From Takakia lepidozioides (taxonomy: Eukaryota > Plantae > Bryophyta): a stretch of 64,000 nucleotides of DNA. The notes under the pieces were generated by a model. That model did not search any database and was not told the origin of the DNA. It saw only the letters and a list, made by a program, of their open reading frames with translations. Within the stretch, counting starts at the first letter, position 1, and every line of letters begins with the position of its first letter. The stretch lies in contig CM060732.1 of NCBI GenBank assembly GCA_030704615.1, positions 15,066,001 to 15,130,000 of the forward strand. The letters run 5' to 3'. The translations under genes and the position numbers were made by a program. Of the stretch, positions 1-15,329 are shown in pieces.

Positions 1-2611
1 TTGCGGCTGGGGTACTTTTAGCTGGAGCGACAGTTAGGAAAGCAGGCCGGTTAAGCCATTAGCAGGCATGCTACACTAGCAGCCTGGTGCGGCCGGGGCC
101 TAATAATGTTATCCCTATCATGGCCAACATGTCTTAGACCGGCGGAAGGAGATCTTGCATGAAACCTATTGCAAAGTGTTGTAAATGGTAATCTCCATAA
201 GCCTCAACTTTGGGGAAACTTTGCAGTACTCCAGGTCTTCCAAGCTTCGATAGCCTTTGTGAGCACACCCCACATTCAAGATGTCAACCATAATACTTCA
301 CAAATGCTTGAGGTTGCAAACTTAGTGAGGGTGACGAGTAAGAACACTGCACATGCTAACGTATATGATGTCCTGTTCGCATAGGTTTTGCACTGAGGTA
401 TACTATGAATGCTCTGGATGGACTCTCCTCCATGTCTTGGTACTTGCAACCCATCCACATTCATTCCAGCAGTCCATCGCATCACTTGTACATCCCTCAC
501 AAGGTCAAATCACGGGAACACTGTTCCAAAGCTACTATGCACGGAGTTTCAACATAGACATGATCTACCACTGGAGTCTGATTAGAAGTGCTGTGGTGTG
601 TCGGATTGAGTGTTGGAGGTGTTCATCTTGATTGGTGGTCTGAATTGTGCAGGACAGACTACACTAGAGATCAGCTCATAAGTGAGCTGGCAAATGGAAC
701 CAAGGTGTTGTTCTGGATGGGCCGACAATCCCGCTGCTCCACATTGCTTTAAGCACCAATGGCCTCCTGTCTCTATCAGGCTGCATCCTCAGGGCTCTGC
801 AGCCGTGCCCCGAAGGAGTGCAGTTCGGACTTGGAAGCCAACCGAGTGTGCCCAACTGAGCGTGCCTGTAGCCCCCCACCCATTGCGATGCCAATGGGAG
901 ACAATTTTCTAGGTTGGGGGATGCCAAAACGCATCAAAATTGAATAATGGTCTCATACAAAAGGAAGCCAATGCTATGGACAGCGACCCATCGTCACAAA
1001 AGTAGAGGGCACACCTCAGCACAAAAAATAAGAGGCGATAGAGCTGATGCTGCGGTAAGCATCCATTTCTCAGTGAAACATGATTCCTCTTCTACGAGCT
1101 CTAGTCCTACATCTTGCTTGCCTTCCGACTCCTCCTCATCGGTGTGCAGCGTTCTCAACGAGGCAGATAGTTTACCGGGGATCAATTCTTCAAAGTGCAA
1201 CCCAGATGATGGGCGGTAATGCAATGGATGATTTCTGACGAGGCCCCTAAGCGACAGCAAGGAGGAGCAGTTATGTGAAGAACTTGCAGCTGCAGCACGG
1301 GACAACGTACTTCTGCATCCCAGCGCAGCTGTTGCCTGTAAAGCCAATACGGCCATCTTGAGCACTTCTGCAATGCGGGGCAGTGCAGAGGTGTTTTGCA
1401 GGCTTCTGTGAGAGATCTAGAAACGAGCTATGGCGATGGAAAGCGTGGCTGGGCCGGGCCCAACACCATCATCCAGGCACTGGTCCTGGACAATACCATG
1501 ATACCTGCATCTCCATCGTCTTTCCAATCAGTACAGGAGCACACTCTACCTCTTCCACGCGTGGCGTCATTGCATTTGCAGCCGCGAAAGCCTATAGATC
1601 ATCATGTGCCAAATGTCCTTTGTGGAGTCTAGGTACTCGCAAAGAACGTGGGGACCCAGCTCGAGCCTCACAAACCTTGAGGCAAAGGAACCCACGAGAC
1701 CCAGTTACCGCAATTTTCTTGTAGTCTGCAGAGGGTGGGTAACCCCATACTATAATGCCGCTTGTAATGGCTATTTCCAATTTTGTTGTAGGATCCCCTG
1801 TATTCTAAAGAGGGCCCCAGTTCGGAGATGGAAACTTATCTGGCAGGGAAAGACAAAGCTGTGGTGGATTAAGAGGAACAAGGGGGAATTGGGTGTGGCA
1901 CATAAGCAGATCCTAGTGCTGGAACCACAAGCAACCATATTTTTCACCTGCTTTCTGTAGTTGAGGTTCAATCTTAGAGAAGTGCACTTGTAAGTTACCT
2001 ATGTTGAAAATGGACAATGATCATCAAACATGACACTACTAATGCTGGCTAGGATTGACAAGTAGACATTGTGTATTGAATTATACCATGTTCTTCCTCT
2101 TGCTACAAATACAGGAGACGCCTCTGCATGGCATACCATAAATAAGTGGTATTGTTTACTCATGGAAATCAACTCACGCAAAACAGAACGTAGTCCATTG
2201 AGATATGCTAGATTCGAACCTAATGGACAAGCTCAAGGTAAGCCAGTATGCAATTGAGCTGCGATACTGAAAATCTGCTGGTTGAGGATAAGGGGTCAGG
2301 GTTCAGAATTTTCACTCTAGGTGGCTCTGAACAGCACAATCAAAACTCTAAACCACTTATAGAACCAATCGTTCTCCCTGCAGAGTTACAGTGGAAAGGC
2401 ATCATCCCGAAGATGAGGTCCCATATGCTCAGTGGCTGATCCACCAGGACCCCTTTCACCATTCAGACTCACAAGGTTACAGTATTTGACAGCCATCAGC
2501 CTCTTTGTGGATGCTATCGAACGAAAATCAAAGTGACCTCACTAGCATGCTCGCTGATCAAGTAGCACCATATGGAAATGTGGGGTAGGCATGCCTAGAA
2601 AGCAGGATGCC

Positions 2612-5600
2612 TCAACGTGAGCGTGCGATGTCATTCACAATACTCTGCTGAAGGATTTGCCTTGTGAGTGAGGTGGCACTCAGCACTCCCAATGGTTCAT
2701 GCAGGGTGAATACCACCTCCTTGGTCTTGCCAAAATACACCTGCACCACACTCAGTTTCCCAATTGAACTTTAAGCGTCATCAAACTGTGAGATTGAGCT
2801 TCTACTTGTACAATTGTTCGATATTTCACTACAACATGCATTTGACCTTGTTTTGGACACATTTGAAATTGAAGTGAATGCATTGTATTGAACTACTTAA
2901 TACATGTAAGTGGATATAATTGGTGACCTAAGGCCGATCAGGTCCTTCATAGTAGTGCCAGTGTGAAGAACCTGGTCATACTCAGTAACACCCATTCTTG
3001 GATTTTGTGTCATGGAACTTGAATTCAATAGTTTCCGAGATTTTGAAAAACTTACATATCAAGCTCAAGCTGTTCTGGACATGGAACATTACTGCAATAT
3101 TAGCTCTGACAGTCTTCAGCTAGACTTGTAATCTTTAATAGAGCAGGCTACTTTGACATCACCAGATCAAGCTGTGTCATCAAGACTTCCAGAGTCGAGT
3201 GAGAGAGGTGACCTGATCCAGCCCATTACGCAGTTTACTTTCCATCTCCTCCACCATGCGGCCCATGTTACACAAATGCCCATCCCCACATGAAAGATCT
3301 GCCTCCATCTGCACCACCCTTTCCTCATCTGTAAACTAGGATACTCCGAGAAAATTAATTTTATTTTCTACGAGAGAATACTCCAGCTATTAGTAAGTTT
3401 AACAACTGTTGCAATATTTACACTGCATGAGCATGCTAGCTCCCCATACATTGAATGACTCGAGGTCTTGGAGAAGCCATTTCCTCCAACAGAAGAGTGA
3501 GGGTGCTGAATACCTGACGGGTGATTGAGCCTGAAAGACTGAAGGAGCCGGATGTCTGGTCAGCCGTGGTGAGAGCTAGCATTATAGTGCTTGTCAAACA
3601 ATAGTGCACTAACCCCTCTTCTTCTTCTCCTACCTGACTAGCCCACCCCACCCACCATTATTAACTCTGTTACTATACCAAAGAGGTTAAAAAAAGACGA
3701 ATACAGTTCAAAGCAGTCTTTAGTACTCCTGAAGTCGGTGAGGGCCCCTATCAATTGGCCCATATACACTTCATTGGCACAGAAAATATGCCTGAGGCAG
3801 TGAGCTTATTTCTTCTGGACATCGTAGTTCTGAAAAACCAAGATGACCAGTTCACCGAGGATAGTGGAAAAGGTAATAACCTCAATCACGTGGATGGCAT
3901 CCCAGTGCCCCTGCTGCAGAAGGCCACGGCGCCCATCTGCTGTACCTGACCCATCTGCAACCTCCATGGTTACCTATCTTCGTCAGTCAGTCTGCCTGCT
4001 TATATAAAACCATCTGACGTAGTAAGATTATGATTATTATGAAGTACAGTGGTTGTGGATATCACCCTAGTTGGGCTGAGTGAAGAGGTAAAGATACCCA
4101 ACCTTGCACGGAACTGCAAAGCTAGGTTACAAACTAACAAGCTTTCATTGCCAAACACTTGCCATAAAGAAAAGTCAACTACTGACATTCATTCTAAAAA
4201 CTGTTGGGAAAATAGGCAGCACATACCCTTCTTTATGAGGACACAAGCTACAAAGCCTCCCCCATTTTCAGGCTCCCAAAGGTAAACTGATGACATTCCA
4301 CCTTCATAATACCTGCCACACATGCCTTACGACTCTGTCACAAGTCTGATGGGCGACGCAGTTCCAAACTTGTTGCATGCCAGTGCTTACAAACCAGAAC
4401 TGTGAACGATGCACTTATGGCCAGTGGAGAAGGCCGTGTAGAATGTAGTGGAAGGTGATAAAGACTCTCACATTTGCTAGAAAAGAACAGAGCAATGTGA
4501 AACTAAACAGCATGGCAGTTGCTACTCAATGATATGCAACAAGAAGAGAAGGGAAGTTAAGGACCTCACTGGTCACGGTAAATAGAAAAGACCTCGTTTG
4601 CCTCTTGCTCAAGCTTCCGCAATTCTGGAGACGGCTGCACACCATCCTCCAGCTCAGGCATATACTTGCTGGACCATGGAGATCTGCTCATGTGATAACC
4701 AGCTATTTCTTAGATAGTCTACCCAATGGACAACCAGCACACATTCTAGTAGGGTTTCCAGGTGTTTTCTGTGCAATGAGGTGGTAAGTCACAGTGTGCA
4801 GCTACTACTACAAGCCACACATCCTTTCCCGTCCAACTATACAGGCCCCCCCTGCTTGAAAGTCGAAAAATAACTAGGTTAATTTTGTACTTCTCAGTGT
4901 ATTTTCAGCATTTGGCAGAATTGGCAAAGTCCTAGGCCTGTTGAATTAAGGGCAGCGCAATATACTACCTGTAGGAATCACCATCACGATTGTAATCACA
5001 TAGGAGAAACTGCTTGCCATGTTCTTCATCCCAAGCCACCTAATCTCAAGCAACAGACAAATATCATCACCACAGCATGTCAGCCTTGTGCACGCTTCTA
5101 ACCCGCTTCTAGTACAAGAGACTCTTCCCACCACGGATAGAGAGAAGACTCCGGCCGAGGCCTGCGTAAATAAGAGCCTCCACAAGAGGTAATAAGATCC
5201 ACTCTATCCCCAGGCAATTTCAAGATGCCCTATCTGTTCAGCATTCCGATAGGGACCTCTTGGAAGTCTATGCCTGCACTACGCGCGAGTAAGCAGCTTG
5301 CAAGCTGGTCATCAGAAATGAGAACTCCTCTTCCACGAAGATACCTGCTCCTTCAGATTCTGCAGCCTAATAGTGATAAAGATTCCTCCAAAGATGAGCA
5401 TTCGAGATGTGTAGTCCCCTGTGCTGGCACGCTTCCTCTCCTGAGATGTAGATCTGGACATGGTGAAGACAGACACCCAAAAGAGAGAGAGAGGGAGAGA
5501 GAGCTTGAGAATGGGAAGGACCTGGAGAGGCTGGTCAACACGAGAGAGAAGTTCCGGAGAGTTAGCGGGCATCAATCCCACCAAGGAGGCCAATGCTTGC

Positions 5601-5650
5601 TGCGACTGAGACGGGGGCATTCGTCGCATTAGATCCATGGCGGCCTCCAT
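2612..5650 (-). CDS. CPB: F-actin capping protein subunit beta, 8 coding exons, 272 aa
   Basis: Hand-spliced exons, all GT-AG with consistent phase: 5522-5650, 4969-5039, 4570-4683, 4227-4312, 3881-3954, 3514-3633, 3213-3308, 2612-2740 (819 nt). Translation [13 protein letters not shown]...[20 protein letters not shown]...[12 protein letters not shown]...WDAIHVIE...LTSTIML...[29 protein letters not shown] matches the CP-beta family throughout. Confidence 0.97.
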
Positions 5651-6244
5651 GGCCGGCTGGCTGGGTCTCACAGTTGCTTCTTTACCTGACTTGCTATTCC
5701 GCTGCAACAGTGTCCCATAAGCATGACATACAACAACCGATATCCTACAAACCCTTCTACTTAACAGCTTCTCTGCCCACTTTGTTCGCCAACCCATCAA
5801 CCTGCAAAGACTGCCCCTTCACTTCTTCTCAGCTTCTGCGATGTCCGTCCGTCCGTCCGTCCTAGGTAGCTTGTCCTTTTTCATCAGGGGGAGGACTTAA
5901 ATCCAAAGCTTTGGAGATTGGCTAGCTAGCTTTTGTGTGATAGTCTGTTTTCCTCAATGCTACGTGTGTCGTCCCTATCGATAGGCTTCAGGACATGTAG
6001 GAAGCAATGGCTAGAGACTGTTGCATACATACAGCAACATTACATACATATGCTGACAACATGAATAATCCTTGTCACTCGCAGCCAGTAAATGTCTAGG
6101 ATTTTGCAGACTATTTCAAGTTAGAAGAAGCACTTGCATAAGCCGGAACGCTGCTGTGATGACTATACCTAAACCAGTTGAACAGGAAAAGGTTTCACTA
6201 AACGGTCTCACCTAAGTAGTTAACATTAAATTTGGCTTTGGCAG

Positions 6245-7230
6245 GAGGTGGAGGCAGAGCGGAATGCAGCCATGGACTGCTTTGCACATCTGGAGGCTGA
6301 CTATGCCAGGGAGAATGTCCAGCTGAAGGAGGCAAAGGTAAGAATGTACTCAGAAGACGTTGTTTGCTGTAGCCTTGTGGCCATAGACCCCGCACCCAGT
6401 TTGGCTGGAACAAGGCAAAGGTAAGAGAGAGTGAACAGGAGCGAGATAGATAGAACACGGGGGAAAGGTTAGTGCTGGATGGAGACAGAAAGAGAGGTCC
6501 TTGAATCTTCAAATCCTGAGACACACAAGGTTTCTTGTAGGATGCCCTATAAGCTGTATTTGGGGCGCTAGCTTGGCAAAAGCAAGGGTGGAGGAGCTGG
6601 AGAACAAGACATGGACATTGCAAGATTGTGTAGCCAGGAAGCAGCAGCATGTGGAGTCATTGCAGGCCCTTGCAGAGAGCTCTAAGAAAAAGATAGATGC
6701 TTGCCGGGATGCTGCCAAGGCTCTGTTGACCAAGGTGTGTCATTTGTCTTCCTCATGTTCAAAGGTTTTGGTCGCTTGAGGCTGCCAACTTAAATGTTGT
6801 GGTGGTTAGATTTGTGTTGGTATATGATTGTGGTGAATGCACGACTCAAGCTTACAACGGCCTCTGATTCTACGTTGTGGAATGCAGCCATTCAGGAGGC
6901 CTCCTTGCTGGAAGAGATTGCATGCCTGAAACGAGCTCCAGAGGCAACAGAAAGAGACCTGCATACTACTCAGGCAAAACTGATCGCAAACCCAGCTGTT
7001 CCTTGGACCATCTCTGCTGCACAATATAGTCGCTTCTGGCATCTAGCTGTGTAAAGAAAGAAAGAATAGTAGGCTGGTCTTACCAGGAGAAGTGTGATGT
7101 GACTATGGATATCAGGGTGTGGGTTCTTCTGAGCAGGCAGAGGTGGAAGCAACACTTGAAGTTGTGGCACTGCGAGCTCGTGTAGCAGAATTGGATCACC
7201 TACAAGAAAGCCAAGGATGATGCTGTTTAC
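6245..7230 (+). pseudogene. Exon fragments of an unidentified coiled-coil protein gene, probably disrupted
   Basis: AG/GT-bounded exon 6245-6337 (EVEAERNAAMDCFAHLEADYARENVQLKEAK), plus heptad-like pieces at ~6570-6734 (AKARVEELENK...AKALLTK), ~6896-6990 and ~7137-7200. Phases do not join cleanly and there is a stop at the start of the second piece. Confidence 0.4.
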
Positions 7231-9006
7231 CTAAGAAAACAGAAGAGGGGCAAGCTCAAAAGGCCAGTGTTCTTAATTATTTATTTCTGCTCTGAGACTT
7301 CAGCTGAATTGTTATTTTGCTTCATAGGGAGGTCCTTGTGTGGAACACATACATACGTCTAGTCTCAAATATTGACTGCTCAAGGATCTGACATTGAACG
7401 TGTTCTACAATCTACAACTTGTAATTCCGGTGGATGCAAATTTCTTTCAGTCTGTCTATGGGGGACCCCACCTAAAAGCCTTGCAGTGGCAGGTTTCCCC
7501 TCTTGACAATCTTGGCTTGGAGTCTTTCAGAGAGGTGTGGTTGAAAGAGAAGTCCAGACTGTACCAGGTGCTTTTCCTCGCAGCGTAGAACTTTATTTGG
7601 GCTGCATGTACATCTTCCAAATGCTTGCAACCTTGTGAGTTCAGGATTTGAACAACATCCAAAACTAAGACGTCTATCATAGCTTCGTAATTGAAGTATT
7701 CACATTGTAGGCCTCCATCACTCAATTGAAGGAGAAGGTTAGTTAGTACAGGTCTTCAAAGACCGAGGTACAGCAAAAGTCTGCAACTGCCAAGTTTGAG
7801 ATTGGTTGGTTCTTGTTATTCCATTTGTTTTAGAACCGGCCTTGAATGTTGTTGACAGGGAATGACAGCAAACTCACTAAATGTGCGGACCAGTCGATTT
7901 GAGTTACAAAAGGGGAGCAGGCTTGCATGGCTTTGGACCCGTGATGATGTCATTCCAATAGAACCTGGGCTTCTATCCCGGCGCTCACTTGTGATTTTTG
8001 CTTACGTTCTGGCACTCCATTTCATGGTAATTACATGTCCAAAATGCACATCTGTGGAGCCTAACTTTACTACTTTACTAATCTTGTGAATTTGGCATCT
8101 CTAGGTTTGGTTCAGATTCTATCTTACTGTCGTCATCATCATTCTTTTTTCACCATCATTTTTGCCCTGGATGCAGGTTGTGGTTTCTTACACCTCCAGC
8201 CGTCAATCACCCTATGAGTGGTTGATGCCCTTGTCAAATACCACAACTGCGCAGTACGACACTAAAAGTGCTGTGTGCAAAAGATGACAACTCAAGACAA
8301 CTTTTTTATGTTTACCAGGAGGCTCTGTAAGTTCACTGGATGTTAGACTTTACATTGTCTAGTAAAGTACATTTACAACAAACAACATTACACTGTAATA
8401 TTCACCAAATCCTCAGCTGAATGGCTTTACCACGTAGGGCATTCTATTGTCCATCCACTACAGTAATGTCACTAGCCTACTTATGAACAAGCCACTTCAA
8501 AATGGTAATAAACAGCATGTAGGTTCCTTAAAACAAGTTTGATTGCAACAGACTTCCAGTCGCACAAGAATTTGAGACTTCAGATCAATGCAATCAATGC
8601 AATAGTAACGATGGTGACGAGAAGACCAAGGAAACAGGTCATACAGACCATAAATTGTTGGTTGGAACAAAATCTTTCTCCCTCCATCAGAAGACCACTT
8701 GCCCTTCACCTAATGAAGTATGCCAGATGTAGAAGAACAGATCTTGTTAAAGGACCACTAACAGTTCATGCTGTATAATCCACAACCATTGAATTAATGG
8801 ATGGTAAGAGATGCTTTGTTATGGGGCCATTTCCGACATTACCGTCTTAGAGTGTGGGACATGGCGAACCACCATGGAAAGGACAACACAATTGAGTCAT
8901 AAAGGGAAAAACACTTTGTCAATTTGAACATCCAACATTGCGCTTGCGATGTCCACTGCAACAGGGGCAAACATACCCAAATTCTCTTAATAACCAAAAA
9001 AAGAGC

Positions 9007-11145
<2,139 letters not shown>

Positions 11146-11717
11146 TGTGATTTTTAAGCAAGGAAGAAACTGCCTGCCTGCACAGAGAAATTGGCACTGT
11201 GAATACATTAGAGCGAAAGTGCGGCCACACATGCTTTTCGAATTTTGATTGACAAACACTCAACCTTGAGGGAGAATCTAGCAGACACGAGAGACACGGA
11301 GCACATAAGTCCCATCGGCAACTTCCCCAAGTAATAATCAACAAAACTACAGGAAATTTCACAATCACAGGCTGATATTGAATGCAGAAAACCTAGTACC
11401 GCAGGAGAGAGCGAGACTTACTTGAGGTGGTGTGAGGCAGTGGCTTCGTTCAGCGCTGGTGCGAGCGAGAGAGACAAAGGTGTTGGATTAGGGCAGGAGG
11501 CGGCCTTTCTAGGATTCATTTAACCGTGGGTTCCATGGAACCTAACCATAGCCAGTTTCTATTCTGTAAATAGACGAATGAATTTAATGGATGAATGCGC
11601 AATGGCCACCTTCTTCTGAAGTTTCTCTCTCTCTCCGAGGTTCTTCTCTCGATGAGCAGCTTGAGAAACAGTGACTATGGCAGGCAGACGCTGCTTTTGT
11701 CTCTAGGTGTGTGTATA

Positions 11718-12056
11718 GGAGAAGGGTCTCTCTTGAGACCCTTCTGGAATTTTCGGTACCCCCCCCACGGGTACCTCAAATCTCGGAAGGGTCTCAAGAG
11801 AGACCCTTCTCCGGCGTAAAGAACCATGATATTTTTAGTACCTTCTAGCCACCGTAAGGTATTTTGCGGCAAGGACCTTACGGGGCCTTCTGCACTATAG
11901 ATGACCTAAAATTGAACTAAGAAAAATATCACGGTTCTTTACGTGTAGGGTAAGGGCCTCACGCAAGGGCTGTCACAGGTTAAAGCCACTGGAACGAGGC
12001 CGGAGCCCGAGTGACTAGTGGCACAAACGTGTGACGGCCCGCACGCAGGGCCCTTA
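11718..12056. repeat. Triplet of abutting long hairpins (A 11718-11812, B 11815-11943, C 11951-12056)
   Basis: A has 27-bp perfect arms GGAGAAGGGTCTCTCTTGAGACCCTTC / GAAGGGTCTCAAGAGAGACCCTTCTCC. B runs CGTAAAGAACC...GGTTCTTTACG. C runs TAAGGGCC...GGCCCTTA. Confidence 0.85.
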
Positions 12057-12976
12057 AACGTTCCTTAAAAAAATCCCCACCACGTGTCCCTTCTTTTAGG
12101 CCCCCAGATTTCTTTTAGGCTTCTTTCCCCCGCTGCGGCATCTTCTTTGCTTCCCCCTCCTTTGGTTCGTCTGATCTCGGAAAGATGCTAGAAAGACGTT
12201 GGAAAGGCGCGAAAATGGGGGAATGGTGGCAGGAGTGACCTTACGGGATGGAACGTCACTCCGCAAATTTCGGTTACGTTCCATCGCATAATTCAACTGC
12301 TCCGGGGGGCGTTAGGTATAAGCCAACTGGAAATACAAAGGATTTTATTAGCAACGTTTACGGAGGGGACAAGACGATTATTATGGCGTCCCGTTTGCAT
12401 TGCACCTGTGGCAGGAACAACCAATTTGCACTTCTCACGTGTGATGGGTTGAGGTATGACTCGGGCCAAGTCCCCACGTGTGGCCTAGATGCACGTAAAG
12501 GATTTTGGGGGCAGATTATGCCTTTTTTGAGGCAAATTAAGAAGCAGAAGATTGTCGCTCCACGGCGCTGGCGCATTCTGCATTCCTAATGGGCAATTTG
12601 ACTCTCCTAATCGGCTGTTTGACTTTTAGCTCATTATGGCATGTAGCCAATCACAGGCCTCGCATAATCTGCCCCCAAAATTTGTTTATGCACGTTCTCT
12701 AGTACGTAATTTGCTTTGGCTCGAAATTCGGGCCTTTTCGGGGGTCATTTTATATCCCGTAAAGAACTAGGGCTGATTTCTCTTTGTAAATTTCTGCATG
12801 TTATACAGCGTAACAGCCAGCCACACAATTACCAGTGCATTACACGAGTGTGTAATGCACACCTGCAACATTTCTATATCTTTACCTCCACGATCTTTTC
12901 TCACATGAAGCTACTAGCGGGGAGAAAGGATAAAGGAACGATGAAAAGAAAAGAAGTCATCCTATATGTTTACGCA

Positions 12977-13383
12977 AGGTAACGCCCCTCCTGTCGGGCA
13001 TTCGCAAATTTTCGGGCCTTCCCCTTGGGCTATCGCCCTTGGCGTCAGGCCCTTAAATCTGGGAATGCCCCCCACTCAAGGCATTACCCTATACGTAAAG
13101 CACCGTTCAGATTTTTCCTTAGTTATTTGACGCCCCTCCCGATGCAGAAAATAGGCTCCAGCATCGGACGCATCTTACGAATCGCGTAAGATCCTCCCAG
13201 CTTGGTCGGGCGCATCTTGCGCTTTGTAAGATGCGTCTTGCCAGGAAAAATCTGAACGGTGCTTCACGAAAGGGCAGGCCCCAGCCCGCGGGCGTTCTGC
13301 GATTTTCGGGCTACTAGCCTCGGGCTAATGCCCTCGGCAGCCAATCCTCAATCGCGGAACACCCTCGGGCTGGGGCCTTCCCT
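12977..13383. repeat. Second triplet of abutting long hairpins (D 12977-13090, E 13094-13268, F 13271-13383)
   Basis: E arms: CGTAAAGCACCGTTCAGATTTTTCCT / AGGAAAAATCTGAACGGTGCTTCACG. F arms: AGGGCAGGCCCCAGCCCG / CGGGCTGGGGCCTTCCCT. D arms: GGTAACGCC / GGCATTACC. Confidence 0.85.
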
Positions 13384-14014
13384 ATCGCATAATCTGCCAT
13401 CATAATATGTCGGCCACCTTTTGATGACTTTTTTAGTTTTGGTAGTTTATATCATGCCACCACTTACTAGGACTAATTTTGACACCTCTAACTAATATGA
13501 TTATGGTTGTACACATCTTATAGTATAGAACTGATACTTCATTGAATGCTTAAGATAGTACATGTGCACTCCAGTTCACTGCTATTAGAGAAAGTTAGCA
13601 CAAAATAATTTCATGTGCGGTACATACTACAAATCAATGTCTTGATCACTGTGGGCTACTTGCTTAGGGCAAACTTCGATCATTACAAGTCGTCCTAATC
13701 ATTGTGACCTGATGCTCGGTACTTCTATCAGCACAAATTGTCTTCTATCAGCACTATTTGCCATATCGATATAGTGCTCTTGGCCCGATAAAATCTCGAT
13801 CGCTTATTATGCTTGGATAAAAATTCACTGTTCACATCCAACTAGATATTGAAGGTGCAATTATGACAATTACTGAATGATGTACCGATTTTGGCATTTT
13901 CAATTCTGGAGTTCTCAATCCGACAACCAAGATGTGCTGTAAGTAAAAAGAGAGGGGCCTACAACCCATGACAATCCATCCAGCCAATACACCATTTATC
14001 CTGGGACGTATCAG

Positions 14015-14340
14015 ATGGTACATTGAACACACTGGCCAAATTTCAAAGCGAACAAAAATCATTTGGATGGGCAACCATCTGTTGGCCCATTGAATGAATT
14101 TCGATTGATCTCATATTACTCTGGGGCCTCTTATATGGCACATTGAACATAATGGCCAAGTCTCTAAGCGAACCAAAATCATTTCGATGGCCAACCATCC
14201 GTTGAGCCATCAAATGAATTTCGATTGATCTGATATTAGTCCGGGACCTGATACATGGTATGTTGAACATAGTGGCAAAGATTGAAAGCAAACGAAAATC
14301 ATTTGGATGGACAACCATTCAATCGCCCATTGAATGAATG
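14015..14340. repeat. Diverged tandem repeat, ~120-bp unit, nearly 3 copies
   Basis: Units start near 14015, 14135 and 14255 and share ...TTGAACA...AAAATCATTT.GATGG.CAACCAT.... Confidence 0.85.
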
Positions 14341-14417
14341 TGGTTTCGTATACTGGGACCTGTTACATGGTTTTCCCTTTGAAGCTCTTTTTGTAGTGTC
14401 TCCTGCCTCGTAATGCG

Positions 14418-14646
14418 GTGCTCCAATGTCCACTTTATCCAATATGTTTAATATTCTCCACCTGGAACAGATCCACATATGTGTGCAGAAATCCTTAAAA
14501 AAACAAATGACCATCTCAACTTTTATAAGCCTCATCCCCAGCTTCCAGTTTTGATGGTCATTTGGTTTTTTAAGTTATATACGCATGTGTGGATATGTTC
14601 CAGATGGAAGATATTAACATTGGAAAAATAAGAATTGGAGAAGCAC
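14418..14646. repeat. Fold-back / MITE-like element
   Basis: Imperfect inverted arms of ~100 bp, e.g. CCACCTGGAACAGATCCACATATG versus CATGTGTGGATATGTTCCAGATGG, around a short loop. Confidence 0.75.
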
Positions 14647-15329
14647 CTCATTAGGAAGCAAGAGACATTACAGAAGACCTCGGCATGTTGAACATCTGGA
14701 TGAAGAACCTTGCCCATCGTCGCTTTAAAGTTCTAGCGCTTCTGAAATGATCACATGTTTGTTGGTGGAAGTAGATCTCGTAGGCCACATTGATCTCGTA
14801 CCCATCGAAGACTCTCGTTGGCCACATAGAACGGTTTATGTGATACATTTTCACAAATGCGATGTGATACATTTGTGAAATGATATCACATCAACCGTTT
14901 AATGTGGCCAATGCACGTCTTCCGTACCATGGCGGAAATGTTCGCTACTTGAAAGCACAAACACAAATAATCCGTGTAAACAATCTCAAGAATCATATGT
15001 ACTGCAAGATGTTTCATACTGCCGATGTTCATGTAGCTGAATTATTTAAGAACTTCCATGCCAACAACATCAGATCCACTGCGACTGCCATATTCCAAAT
15101 TCTGTATCAGCCACCACGGACATGAAACCAGGAATTTCGCACAAAATCTCCAATTCATTCAATTTATGGTGGGCCATGGCTGCAGCCTGCAAGCTGGCCG
15201 GGATGGCTGATACGTCCGTTTGAACATGACAGTCTCAGAGGACGTTGGCATGGGAATAGCAAAAAGAGTACTACAGAATTCAGCTAGAGGAACAACAATA
15301 GCATGAAACACCTTACCGTAAATATGATT

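Noticed and set aside
994-1365. 123-aa minus-strand ORF with a transit-peptide-like start
   Set aside because: No recognisable domain or supported splice partners, and surrounding frames in 1-2300 contain many stops.
5312-5800. 162-aa ORF as a complete protein
   Set aside because: Only 5522-5650 is coding (CPB exon 1); the rest is UTR and intron read-through.
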